From: Octopus sinensis | Lineage: Eukaryota | DNA: 64,000 nt | Direction of reading: 5' to 3' | NCBI RefSeq assembly: GCF_006345805.1 | Contig: NW_021836315.1 | Coordinates: 15,151 to 79,150, forward strand | Part shown: piece after piece, positions 11,749 to 24,450 of the stretch | How the letters are laid out: each line of letters opens with the position of its first letter | Position numbering within the stretch: the stretch's first letter is position 1 | Position numbers and translations under genes: made by a program | The notes under the pieces: generated by a model | The model's database searches: none | What the model was told of the DNA's origin: nothing | The model's input: only the letters and a program-made list of their open reading frames with translations

Positions 11749-11854
11749 TTTAATTAATTAATTTTTTTGTAACATTCGTAAAACTATATTAGTAAGTACT
11801 AAAAGTGCAAAAAGACGTTATATATAACTACATTTTTGATGTCTTAATAACGTA

Positions 11855-12260
11855 TACTCTTTTACTTGTTTCAGTCATTTTGACTGTGGCCATGCTGCAG
11901 CACCGCCTTTAGTCGAGCAAATCGACCCCATGACTTATTCTCTGTAAGCCTAGTATTTATTCTATCGGTCTCTTTTTGCCGAACCGCTAAGTGACGGGGA
12001 CGTAAACACACCAGCATCGGTTGTCAAGCAATGTTGGGAGGACAAACACAGACGCACAAAGGTAAAGACACACACACATACATATATATACATATATACG
12101 ACGGGATTCTTTCTGTTTCCGTCTACGAAATGCACTTACAAGGTTTTAGTCGGCCCGAGGCTATAGAAGACACTAGCCTAAAGTGCCACGCAGTGGGACT
12201 GAACCCAGAACCATGTGGTTAGTAAGCAAGCTACTTACCACACAGCCACTCCTACGTCTA
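11855..12260 (-). mobile_element. SINE family A (tRNA head, CORE-like segment, internal TA/TG microsatellite)
   Basis: Matches more than 10 other copies in the window. Confidence 0.9.
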
Positions 12261-12269
12261 AAAGCTTTC

Positions 12270-12377
12270 TGTCAGAAGTGGGATTCGAACCCACGCCCAC
12301 ACTCGTGGACCAGAATGCTCTAAGTTCTGGTTAAGGTAATACACCTTAAGTCTGGCGACTTAGACCGCTCGGCCATC
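12270..12377 (-). pseudogene. Intron-containing tRNA-Leu pseudogene (Leu-CAA-type body, anticodon reads TAA)
   Basis: GATGGCCGAGCGGTCTAAG...CCAGA-CT-TAA-G-[29-nt intron 12344-12316]-T-TCTGG, long variable arm, GTGGGTTCGAATCCCAC-TTCTGACA. The 5' GTCAG of the acceptor stem is missing and the D-stem has a mismatch. Confidence 0.85.
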
Positions 12378-12430
12378 AAATTCCACCGAGGTCGACCTTG
12401 CCTTTCATCCTTCGGGATCAATAAAGTATT
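12378..12430 (+). mobile_element. SINE family B fragment
   Basis: AAATTCCACCGAGGTCGACCTTGCCTTTCATCCTTCGGGATC, directly abutting the tRNA. Confidence 0.8.
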
Positions 12431-13147
12431 ATCAGTTGATAAGAAAAAAATGTGCCAAAACTTAAAACCGATATTTCAAATGTGAACAACACACGTCTAA
12501 AGTATCGACATATAACTACCTTCAGAATTAGGATAATGGTTTCGCATACAAATGTGCAATGCCATTCGGGCAACAGCTCTTGCTTGAGATAAATACAGCT
12601 ATAACTATTGTAGGACAATTGATGCAAACATTCCGACACAATAGAACTTACTGCACTATTCTAATCACAAGCTCTATGTGCAAATTTCAAAGGTTTCATA
12701 TTGATATTAGGAACAGAAGAGTAAATTAATGTACTTGTGTATACGTGTGCGGTCTGCATATATATGTCGGTGAGCCTTAAACTCAGTGAGGACGAGGGTA
12801 TGCGACAGCGACAACATTAAATTTATTGTATTCTACTCAGATTATTGTATTCAACTCGGATTAATATTTGGTTTTTTTTTTACCAGAACCGTGACTGAGG
12901 TAGGAGTCTCGGAAAACTGGGGTTCACTGACTGAGAAATAACAAACTGTTAACAAATATAATTAAAGCACAATCTGCAATTGAAAACAATAGTAATGGAA
13001 TATTTTCTTCAGGATCAACTTGTTACATTTAATCTTTGTTATTAATATATAATCTGGTGTTAATTTTTATCTTTGTGACAAACCAACTCGGTCTAGAGAA
13101 AAACAAATACTGAAATAATTAGAAGGTAACTTTTACATGCACACATA

Positions 13148-13532
13148 TCTTTATATATAAAAGTAAGGTTGTGTGTCTGTCTCCTACGATTTAGATTCTT
13201 AACTACTCCCACATTTTGTAGTTTAACCAAAACCGGATATCTTATAGTCGTGATTCATATCGAGCCCTTCTGTGTATTAGCGCGGGTCTACGATGAGTCT
13301 ACGATTTTAAAAATAATCTACTATCATTTTTTTCCATTTTAATGCATTTTTTTTGCTAAGCGAAGTAACTCTCTAAAAATGTCTAGGATGAGTCAATGAT
13401 TTTAAAAAAATTACCATAATTTTTTTCCCATTTTTAATGCATTTTTTGCTATTTTTTTGGCTATAACTCTCTAAAAATGCTTATAAAGTTATTTCCCTTA
13501 CAAACCCGAGCAACGCCGGACGATACTGCTAG
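13148..13532 (+). mobile_element. Non-autonomous Helitron
   Basis: A|TCTTTATATATAA ... CCCGAGCAACGCCGGA ... CTAG|T. Confidence 0.9.
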
Positions 13533-13716
13533 TATACAATAACTTGTACATATACAAAGTCGTGCGTATGTGTGTACTTTATGAGAAAGCATTGTAAATA
13601 AAAGAGAGCTATCCAACAGGAAATTTTCGAGATGAATATCTTCAAAAATATTGAACAACATATTGTTCAAGCTTGTAGACAGCGACATCCAGCAAATATT
13701 TCCAAACACAATATGT

Positions 13717-14097
13717 GGAAGCACTCCGTCGGTTACGACGACGAGGGTTCCGGTTGATCCGAAAAACGGAACAGACTACTCGTGAAATTAACGTGTAAGT
13801 GGCTGAGCACTCCACAAACACGTGTACCCTTAACGTAGTTCTCGGGGATATTCAGCGTGACACAGAGAGTGACAAGGCCGGCCCTTTCAAATACAGGTAC
13901 AATAGAAACAGGAAGTAAGAGTGAGAGAAAGTTGTGGTGAAAAAGTACAGCAGGGTTCACCACTATCCCCTGCCGGAGCCTCGTGGAGCTTTAGGTGTTT
14001 TCGCTCAATAAACACTCACAACGCCCGGTTTGGGAATCGAAACCGCGATCCTATGTCCGCGAGTCTGCTGCCCTAACCACTGGGCCATTGCGCCTCC
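13717..14097 (-). mobile_element. SINE family C, full length
   Basis: Complete head to tail; flanked by direct repeat ACAATATGT. Confidence 0.9.
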
Positions 14098-14264
14098 ACA
14101 ATATGTAAACATTGAAAATGGAGCAAAATATTGGTAAGAGCAGAAGAAAACAGAAATAAATGCAAAATGAACCACAGCAAAATATTACACAACAAATCAA
14201 TGCTACTGCCAAATGAAAAGCGCACACAATAAACTTTCAAATGGTTTTAAAATTTGGCTCAAAT

Positions 14265-14660
14265 CCAGCAATTTTTGAGGAGGGGTTAGTCAGTTACATC
14301 GACCCTCGGTGATCAACGGGTACATATTTTATGGACCCTGAAAAGATGAGAGGTAAAGTCCACCCCGGAGGAATTTGAAATGAGAAGGAAAAGTAGGACA
14401 AAAAGCTCCTGAGCGTTTTGTGTGGCCTAAAAAACGATTCTGCTAGATTAACCACCTCAGAATTTGTGTATATTCCTTTCTAATATAGGCACAAAGCCTG
14501 AATTTGGGGGGGACGGTGGTAGTCGAATACATCGACCCCAGTTTTTTCGACCTCGAAAGAATGAAAGTGAAAGTCGATCTCGACATCGTTTGAACGCAGA
14601 ACGTAAAGAGACGGACAGAATGCCGCTAAACAGTTTGCTGGCGCTGTAACCATTCTGCCA
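14265..14660 (-). mobile_element. Two degenerate SINE family B copies
   Basis: ACATCGACCC...GAAAGATGA...AAGTC...GAATTTGAA-like motifs occur twice. Confidence 0.7.
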
Positions 14661-15964
14661 GTTTGAAGTCTTAATCAATTTCTAAATGTTGAGAACAGAA
14701 ACCGAGACGCCATCTTTGTCAATAAAGACAGAGGAGACATCATGGTGCTGTAAACTTAAGTAATTATGAAGACCATAAACGCAATTATGATACCTGAGAT
14801 TCAGTCTAAGAATTCCGAATCAAGCATAATTAAATAAAACGATATAAAATGAAATCAGCAACTATATGCAGAAAAGAATAATTTTAACACCATGCAATAA
14901 TCCGCTTGACACCTATCCCATGTAAACACTATTAACTTTCCTCCTACTATAAAATGAACGACAGCCATTCCTCTATACATTTGTTATTAAATGTCCTATC
15001 CTCCAAAAAATTGGATTTTACGATTAAATATAACGAAATACATGTACTCTTGATCACCAATATATTAATCAACACCTTTACTGATAGGTGTAGGATGTAA
15101 AATGTCACATGTTTTATTTTCATGTAAAAATGCATTGAAGATGTGCATAGAAAATTAAAAATATAAAGAAATTATACATTATGCATTTCCTATTTTATCA
15201 TATGCATGCGTAGGTGAGTGCGTCCATGCGTATATAGATATAAACATACACGGATACAAATACACAGATACACATATATTTCAATGATAACTACAAGAGT
15301 ATCTGAATACGCTGAACAAATGTCAAACTTCGAACACAATCGTGTTCCATAAGCAAAGACAAAGCGATTTTTATATTAATTGCACATTTGAACAATTTTA
15401 ACAAACAGAAAACCCGTCTTTTATAAGCCGTTGAAGAAGACTAACCAGATTTACGACATCAAACGTATTCTGCAAAGTCCGAATGTCAAGTATTAGTTTA
15501 TACACTCTAGGTTGTCCATTTCTCCGACGTTCTTCCTAGAGGTAAGACGAAAATGTCTTTTGGTTTTGCTGCCCATGCACATCGCTGCTTCTATAATTTC
15601 AGTGGAGCTTTACTTAGCATTGTGCGGTTATCGACTGCTATTTCTTGGAATCATTGGTGTCTTGTTGTGCCACTATTATATACATATTAATACCCTAGTT
15701 CTGGTTATTGCGTGGCAATTTCGTAATCGCGTGCCATATATGAGCGGGGGTAAAAAGTGGTTTACCTGTAATTAATACGGCAAAAACAAAAAAGGAGGGG
15801 TACGAAAATAACGTACATCTGCCGGTAGACATTCTATGATGTCTATTTATTCCAAAACAGAAGAGAGCGTTATAAGAATACATGCACATTCAAAGACTGC
15901 GTGCTACACAAATATGTACTAGTAATACATAAAAGAGTAAAAGATTAAAAGATCACTTCCTTAC

Positions 15965-16011
15965 GGCCGTTTCTGCCAAGATGCCACGATATCCTCCATC
16001 ACCTTAGTGTT
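15965..16011 (-). CDS. Candidate exon of unidentified host gene
   Basis: tacttatccctacag|AACACT...CGGCC|gtaagg; only one frame is open: NTKVMEDIVASWQKRP. Confidence 0.35.
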
Positions 16012-16789
16012 CTGTAGGGATAAGTAGATAGAGTTTGGATGTTGAGTGTGTCTCTAGGCTTCATTATAGGGTCTAAATGGTCAGGAGAACCGATACATAC
16101 AAGAGTCAGTTACTAATAGGTGCAGTATATATATATATTTTTTAATTAAAGAGGGCATAGGAAGAATAGGATCAAGCCTTAGAGTGTGAAAGGAGTAAAA
16201 TTGAGTGAAATGGATTAGGTATGGGAAGGTGAAGTAAGTCATAGACTTCAAGTGTTGCCTTCCAAGATTAATCTTATGTTATCCAGTGGTGGATAGGTTT
16301 TTCGTATCCCCTCCATTTTCTTTTTGCCGAATATATATTTATATACAGAAAGATACAAACGTCCACGTAAAATAATTGCATATATACATTCAGATTTATA
16401 CATTTATCAACGTCTGTATGGTTGTGTGCATGAGTTGCCACGTTTGTATATATGTGTAGAGGATGTCGATAAATTGCAGAGTGAATCATGTGAAAGAATA
16501 AAAGTACTTTTAAATATATATATACTTATGTATATACATGTATATGGATGATGGGTGAAGCGAATGGTTAGAGATATAGATACGAAGAAAAAGTAGATAA
16601 TTAAATAAATAAACACATAGAGTGAAAGTTAGATTGCGACATAGATAAACGCTCAAGTACATGTATATAAAATAATTTACCTAATTAACTATTGCATATT
16701 TCTGCTCACGTTCCGTAGACAGTTAGAAATCTCTAAAACTCATTCACATACGCATATACACGCATACCTATGCATGTACATAGACACTC

Positions 16790-16820
<31 letters not shown>

Positions 16821-16821
16821 A

Positions 16822-16874
<53 letters not shown>

Positions 16875-16936
16875 AATACATATATACATATAATATATAT
16901 ATATATGTATATATATATATGTATATATACAAATAC

Positions 16937-16980
<44 letters not shown>

Positions 16981-17149
16981 TTATATATATATATATGCAT
17001 ATATACATATATGTATATATATGTATATATATTATGTATATATACATATATATATATATATGTATATATGTATATTATATATGTATATATACATATATAC
17101 AAATACATATATATACATATATATATATCTATATATATATATATATCAT

Positions 17150-17181
<32 letters not shown>

Positions 17182-17394
17182 GATGTACATTCGTACATAC
17201 ATAATGACATATATACACATTCATGCATTTGCGTGTGTATTTATATATATATATTATATGTGTGTGTGTGTGTGTGTATATGTATATATATATATATATA
17301 TATATGTATATGTATATATATAGTATATATATATATGTGTATATATGTATATATATATATCTGTATATATATGTGTATATATGTATATATAATG

Positions 17395-17425
<31 letters not shown>

Positions 17426-17528
17426 GTATATATATGTATATATATATGTATATATATGTATATGTGTATATATATATGTATATATGTATATATATGTATA
17501 TATGTATATATATATATGTATATATATG

Positions 17529-17561
<33 letters not shown>

Positions 17562-17780
17562 GTATATAGGCATATATATATGTATATATGTATGTACGCA
17601 TGTATGTATGCATATATATTTATATATATATGTGTATACATGAACATGTATTTATATACATATACATATATATATATGTGTATGTATGTATGTATGTATG
17701 CGTGTGCTTGTGTGTTTTTGTGTGTTTGTTATGTATGTATGTATGCATGTGCGCGTGTGTGTACATGTGTGTGTGTATGT
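16790..17780. repeat. (TA)n/(TATG)n/(TG)n compound microsatellite
   Basis: Directly visible. Confidence 0.95.
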
Positions 17781-19707
17781 AGATAGGTAGGTATATTTAT
17801 GTTTACATTTATGTAGATCCATGTGAAAAGACACAGGATTACAGAGCGGCCAACTGTAATTTGTGTCACGTTCCAGGTTTCACCGTTAGCTCGGTCAAAT
17901 CAAGTAATACCATGCTATTTTCGTTATCTCCTCTTGATATTTTTTCCAGCTGTTTTATATTTTTTTTTTTATTAACGTTGTGCTATTATTGATCTTTTTA
18001 ATATTAGAGTTTTGGTTGGATTGTTTTAGATTTCCCTTCGCTTACTTCTATAATTCCATTTCTTTATACTTCGTTTTATTTATATATTCATTTATGTTTC
18101 TTCTGTTTTTTTTTGTTTTTTTTTTACTTTCTCTTTTTTAGGGAGTCGGTTTTGCTAAATTGCAAATGGTTTGGTTCATTCGCCATGATTTCACTAATGT
18201 AACCCTGTTCTGTGTTGTTGCTAACTTCAAATTTTTCTCTCACTACTTAAATATCGTTGGACGCAACTTGTAACATTTTGCAAAGATAACTTCATGCATG
18301 GCTACTGACATTAACTGCATCAATGCATCATCACGTGCCGAAGAGAACATCAAAGTAATGATCACATGACATTCATACAATCATAGTCCAAACTTTCGTT
18401 TTCTAATTTGAAAAAATGTTTGCCCTCTTTCATTATTTTTATATTGATTCATGTTTCTTTTTTCGTAATTCTTTGTAATTATTTTGTTCTTTTTTTTTCC
18501 TTCTTGTTCTTTTATACTCCTATTTGCATTTTATTGACGGGTTACGATAGCTTTTGTTGTTGTTTGATATTTTCCAAATCTTTTGATATATTTTTTCCAG
18601 CACTACCAACTATCAGTACTTCAGAGCAAACGTTTTTCTCAAAGACATTTCTTTTCTTTTTTTTTTTCTTTTTTGTATAAAACAGACTTGCAGAAAATAT
18701 CATTGGAAAAGAAAGTTTATACTGTATCCGGTTGTAAAATAACGTGGTTATTATTTTAATAATCCGCAATATTGGGACTTTGGATAAAATTCTATTTGAC
18801 TGAATACAGTGACTTCATTTATTTCTCTTTGCAAGTAAATCTACATTGTTCTGTTTGTGTCTGTAGTTATTTAGAATATATAACACGTCATAGCTAAAAC
18901 TATTCTCTATAGTAATGTAAGCCATACTCGATAGCTACCGCTTCACATTGTTTGATGCACAACAGGCTTAATATACGAACAATCGTGTTTATTTTATCAA
19001 TATTATTGTTTGACCATGGAGAGGAAATGCAGAGGCTCCTCTCGACTATCCAAATAACTCCTTCAGGGCAATAGAGATTTGCTGTTAGTTTGTGAATGAA
19101 AACAGGAAAGAGTTCAAACAGATAACGAAATTAAATTTACAGACGAACATTTCCTTGAAATTTATTAAATTTCCCGTTGGGCAATTAAATGCATGCAGGC
19201 CATTTCTTGTTTAATCATTGCTTTATATAAACGTAACACGAACCATTGAAAATATTTCTTGCATCTCTAATATTGTTGATTTCTGGCACATTTCGGAAGG
19301 GATTTTTTTCCCCTAAATTGTGATATTTAACCGCCTGATATTGCCCTAATGCATTTTTTTTTTACTTTATATTTCTGGGACAAATATTTTCCAAGCTCGT
19401 TTAGCATTCATATTTCCTGAAAATAGTGAAATATTTCCTGTCAGTAATTTGCTAACATCGACGTTGATCTCTTTCATTTTTATTGACACAGAATGATTCT
19501 TATTCAAGGGATCATTGATGTTAGGCTATCAGAGAATAACCCTCTATTTGTGAATGAAAAAATTGTAACTTACGTAAGGCAGTGATGTATGAATTAAGTG
19601 TGCTTTGTGTTTTATTTGTAGCTTCCTAAGCGTTCAAGAATTGGTTACACAACTTGTCTCTCTTGCATAATATTGATGTCTGGTATGTTTCAGATGTAAA
19701 ATTCACA

Positions 19708-19888
19708 TAGGCGCAGGAGTGGCTGTGTGGTAAGTAGCTTGCTAACCAACCACATGGTTCCGGGTTCAGTCCCACTGCGTGGCATCTTGGGCAAGTGTCT
19801 TCTGCTATAGCCCCGGGCCGACCAATGCCTTGTGAGTGGATTTGGTAGACGGAAACTGAAAGAAGCCTGTCGTATATATGTATATATA

Positions 19889-19921
<33 letters not shown>

Positions 19922-20141
19922 TTGTGTGTCTGTGTTTGTCCCCCTAGCATTGCTTGACAACCGATGCTGGCGTGTTTACGTCCCCGTCACTTAGCAGTTC
20001 GGCAAAAGAGACCGATAGAATAAGTACTGGGTTTACAAAGAATAAGTCCCGGGGTCGATTTGCTCGACTAAAAGGCGGTGCTCCAGCATGGCCGCAGTCA
20101 AATGACTGAAACAAGTAAAAAAAAAAAAAAAAAAAAAAAAA
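19708..20141 (+). mobile_element. SINE family A, full length, with A-rich tail
   Basis: TAGGCGCAGGAGTGGCTGTGTGGTAAG head ... GACTGAAACAAGT followed by poly(A). Confidence 0.9.
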
Positions 20142-20230
20142 ATTACCTGAAACACTGTCACATTCAAATTCTGTTTTCAACTAAGCGTATCGATATCGAT
20201 ATTCGTCAAAACCAAACATTTATTTATCAA

Positions 20231-20613
20231 CTAGCAGTATCGCCCGGCGTTGCTCGGGTTTGTAAGGGAAATAACTATATAAGCATTTTTAGAGATGTAA
20301 AGTATAATAGCCATCTCAATATGGCTAACCACAAAGGTGGGTGTTACTGTAGCTTTTTACGTTCTGAGATTTAATAATACATTTTTAGAGTGATTTCCTT
20401 ATATAATAGCAAAAAAATGCATTAAAAATGGGAAAAAGTTATGGTAATTTTTTTAAAAATCGTAGACTCATCGTAGACACGCGCTAATACCCAGAAGGGT
20501 TCGATATGAATCACGACTATAAGATACCCGCTTTTGGTTAAACTGCACCGCAAAATGTGGGAGTAGTTAGGAATCTAAATCGTAGGAGACAACTTCACTT
20601 TTATATATAAAGA
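20231..20613 (-). mobile_element. Non-autonomous Helitron (variant internal segment)
   Basis: Same TC and CTAG termini and hairpin; the extra segment ~20296-20360 resembles 38267-38330. Confidence 0.88.
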
Positions 20614-20843
20614 TATATTACACATTGGATGACTTGTAGTGTGTCCCACTACATAACCCTCAGCATAATCTAATGTGTTTGACTGAAGCCCTTTAGTCTT
20701 TTACGTGTTTATCTTCCTTTCAGTTCAAAGAGAAAGACAGTGTGTCATAGTTCGGTTCATTTAAAGTATAGCTATGATTAAATGAAAATGCCATAAAAGT
20801 CTTGAATTTTGCTTATATTAAAAATAGCTTATCTTTTCTTTTA

Positions 20844-21235
20844 TCTTTTACTTGTTTCAGTCATTTGACTGCGGCCATGCTGGAGCACTACCTTTAGTCG
20901 AGCAAATCGACCCCAGGACTTATTCTTTGTAAGCCCAGTACTTATTCTATCGGTCTCTTTTGCCGAACCGCTAAGTGACGGGGACGTAAACACACTAGCA
21001 TCGGTTGTCAAGCAATGCTAGTGGGATAAACACACACACAAACACACACATACATATATATACATATATACGACGGGCTTCTTTCAGTTTCCGTCTACCA
21101 AATCCACTCACAAGGCATTGGTCGGCCTGGGGCTATAGCAGAAGACACTTGCCCAAGATGCCACGCAGTGGGACTGAACCCGGAACCATGTGGTTGGTAA
21201 ACAAGCTACTTATCACACAGCCACTCTTGCGCCTA
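20844..21235 (-). mobile_element. SINE family A
   Basis: Full-length match to the other copies. Confidence 0.9.
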
Positions 21236-21634
21236 TATTGTATTTGGTATACTTATTGTATATCAAATTCAATTTGCAGGAATGGTAGAGGCTGGATCTG
21301 CATTGTTGTATTTATTTGAGTTAACTTCCTATTCAGATATGAAATATCACGACGGTTCATTACCCTTTTGGTTCATCTGTATTTGAGAAAACAATACTAG
21401 ATATCTACTTCGAATCTTGAATATCGTACTTAAAATACTTACGTCGAAATATTTGTTTTTTCACTAAATATTTCCGATTTGATTTTGTTAATCTCTCCCA
21501 TCAAACATTGTCTTATTTTCTATTTTTCTGTCACCGAACGCCTTTTTTGAGCAATCTGGCATACGAAAGACGTGTACCGGCTCTTTTGAGCAAGGACCCC
21601 CAATCTTCTACATGTCAGACATCAAATCGATTTC

Positions 21635-21815
21635 CATATTTTGGCACAAAGCCAGAAATTTCCGAGTAGGGTATAAGTCAATTACATCGACTCCAGTGGT
21701 CAACTGGTACTTATTTTGTCGAAATGCAAATGATGATAGACGAAGTCGATCTCGGTGGAATTTGAACTTAGAACGTTGAGACTGACAAATTATTGTTAAG
21801 AATTTAGCCAGGCGT
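21635..21815 (-). mobile_element. Degenerate SINE family B
   Basis: CATCGACTCCAGTG...CTGGTACTTATTTT...GGAATTTGAACT motifs. Confidence 0.7.
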
Positions 21816-21874
21816 ACTCCCGTATTAGACTTAGAATTGCTATGTTGCTGTCTTTAGAAGAATTCCATGTGTTG

Positions 21875-21940
21875 TTAGTTTCTTTCATATCTCCCTATAT
21901 CTCGGAGACTCTGAAATGGATTATATCTGCTGTATTTCCT
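21875..21940 (-). CDS. Candidate terminal coding exon
   Basis: ctgtcgctatttcag| then RKYSRYNPFQSLRDIGRYERN*; phase 0, compatible with exon 22249-22321. Confidence 0.3.
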   Translation of the reverse strand, partial: RKYSRYNPFQSLRDIGRYERN

Positions 21941-22248
21941 CTGAAATAGCGACAGTAAACAAATATGCCTTACCCCCTTTCAGATGTCGTCTATCCGAAT
22001 TAGTAATCAACACATTATCCTTGTTAATCGACAACAATAAGATATCTTCCTTAACACATTGATGTTTATTATTCGTAAGATGATATATTCCTGATTCAAC
22101 GAAATCAAAATATATTTACAATATACAGCGTAACTTACAATTGCCTGTTGAACATCAAATATCACTGTTGATGTTACTCGCATAAGATATTTACCAGTAT
22201 GCTTTATGTTTCATAAACTTCGACTACCGCCAGGGATTTCAAACTCAC

Positions 22249-22321
22249 AGTTAGTTGACGAAAATATCGATCTGAGCAGATTGGAAGTAGTTCTTCCAAA
22301 TGAATAGAGTGACATCTCGAA
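22249..22321 (-). CDS. Candidate internal exon
   Basis: cgttttatag|T TCG AGA ... CTA ACT|gtgagt; SRCHSIHLEELLPICSDRYFRQLT; phase-compatible with 22702-22785. Confidence 0.4.
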
Positions 22322-22701
22322 CTATAAAACGATTCGTTACAATGATTGTTGGCAAGAAAGTGATGAATTGAGTTTCTCGTCCAATCCTTTGACACTCGTA
22401 AAAATACATTTCCTCATGCTCTACTTAAGAAAACGTTCCTTATAAATTTCTCTGTGGTATTTGTGTCGGAATTGTCGGCAAATTAACGTTACTATTTCTG
22501 TTTCATTTTAGGATTACTTGTACAAGTTCTCCATTATATTTTCCTCTCAGGATATAATAAAACTCTTACATAATTTACGTAGAGTCATTCTGCGTATTTG
22601 CTTTCTTAAGAATATAAAATCTTTGGCAAATGACCGGTTGCTGAATCTATTCTCATTCTATTACATAAACGAGGCCATCAGCTTAAATGAACTGAACTTA
22701 C

Positions 22702-22785
22702 GCTTGGATTCTCATTACATTCAATATGTAATAGGTTTGATCCGTGAGCATTTCAGAGCCAAGTTTACTTTCATAAAAACCGATA
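22702..22785 (-). CDS. Candidate internal exon
   Basis: ttgtaattcag|T ATC GGT ... CAA GC|gtaagt; single open frame IGFYESKLGSEMLTDQTYYILNVMRIQ. Confidence 0.4.
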
Positions 22786-23515
22786 CTGAATTACAATAGT
22801 AATTGGATTTTTAATCCATTAATTTGATATACAATATTTCCCTTCTTGAAAGGATCATAAAACATTCAAATATATCACAAAGTACCACGTTAGATTTTAA
22901 TAAAACGAAATTACAATTTTATTAAATGCCTGTGCAGTGAGACAAACTGGGAAAACGGTTATAAATATATGGACTTAATTTTCTGTCAGATTTCAATTTC
23001 ACTACGTCAATCTCAGTTAAATTACGGAGCTGGAGAACAATTCATTTCAGATGAGGAGTTGAAACCGGCTCTGAGGCACTGTGGTTTCGACGTGGTTGTA
23101 GTTCTTAGTAGTTAAATCTACTTCCAGATCAGATCAATGACTCTACAGAAACATTTTCAGCATACAACATACATGCTAATGTCTGTTGAAGTCCACCAAA
23201 AACGAAAATAATTACCATGTGCAGAGAGCATCAATATCTGAAACTATGATTTATATATTCTTTCTAAATATTTTCCGATAAATTTCAACAACTTAAATAT
23301 GATGATCACTACTATATTTCGTCGTCCGAAAATACCTACAACTTTCAGACGTAAATAAATTTAGCGTCATTCCATTACAAAATAATTTACTCTTCTCTAT
23401 TGAGAAACATCCACATTGTAAAAGGAATCTAAGTTTGTGACGTAGTTATACGCCGCTAAATCCCTTTAGTACGACTGCAAATATCTCTTCACATGGCGTA
23501 AAAATTATCAGTGCA

Positions 23516-23923
23516 TAGGCGCAGGAGTGGCCGTGTGGTAAGTAGTTTGTTTACCAACCACATGGTTCCGGGTTCAGTCCCACAGCGTGACACCTTGGGC
23601 AAGTGTCTTCTACTATAGACTCGAACCGACCAAAGCCTTGTGAGTGGATTTGATAGACGGAAACTGAAAGAAGCCCGTCGTATATATATATATATATCTA
23701 TATATATATATATATATATGCGTGTGGTGTGTGTTTGTGTGTCTATGTTTGTCCCCCTAGCATTGCTTGACAACCGATGCTGGTGTGTTTGTGTCCCCGT
23801 TACTTAGCGGTTAGGCAAAAGTGACCGATAGAATAAGTACTGGGCTTACAAAAGTATATGTCTCGGGGTCGAGTTGCTTGATTAAAGGCGGACCTCCAGC
23901 ATGGCCGCAGTAAAAGTAAAAGA
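23516..23923 (+). mobile_element. SINE family A
   Basis: Full-length match. Confidence 0.9.
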
Positions 23924-24025
23924 GTGCAGCACTGCAGTATGGTTTGCATGTGTGCATTACCTTCATGATACCATAAATTTGATCGAGTTGCCAGATATCA
24001 TAGACAAGTGTCATATTCTTTAGAC

Positions 24026-24245
24026 CAGTGGTTTTCAACCAGGGTTCCGCGGAACCTTAGAGTTCCGCCAGTACAGTCCAGGGGTTCCGCAAGAAGTTAC
24101 AAAACTGCTAAAATCGGCACTAATTTTTTAATTCTCCTGTGCAGATATGTGTGCATAAGACTATCAAATTATTGCACTGGGGATCCTCGAGCCAGTGGAA
24201 TGTTTCCTTGGGGTTCTGCTCCAGCAAAAAGTTTAAAAAGCACTG
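24026..24245. mobile_element. hAT (Charlie-like) MITE
   Basis: Imperfect TIRs CAGTGGTTTTCAAC / TTTAAAAAGCACTG; perfect 8-bp TSD CTTTAGAC (24018-25, 24246-53). Confidence 0.9.
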
Positions 24246-24279
24246 CTTTAGACCAAGATTCATAGTTAAAACTCAACTT

Positions 24280-24450
24280 GTAGGTGGTTGAGAAAGACGT
24301 CCTCTATTCTGCCAGCAACACGAAGGCCGAGCAGAAACCATGTTCAATGTCTTCGAAGTTCTTTACAGATTCTCTGTGAGAAACACACACCTCAAGTTCC
24401 GGAACTACCTTGAGGCCATAGTGGAAACTGACTGCCATTACTTTGAGGAA
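24280..24450 (+). pseudogene. Decayed Tc1/mariner transposase C-terminal fragment
   Basis: VRNTHLKFRNYLEAIVETDCHYFE resembles the Tc1/mariner C-terminal ..RF..RL.A.I...G..E pattern. Confidence 0.5.
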
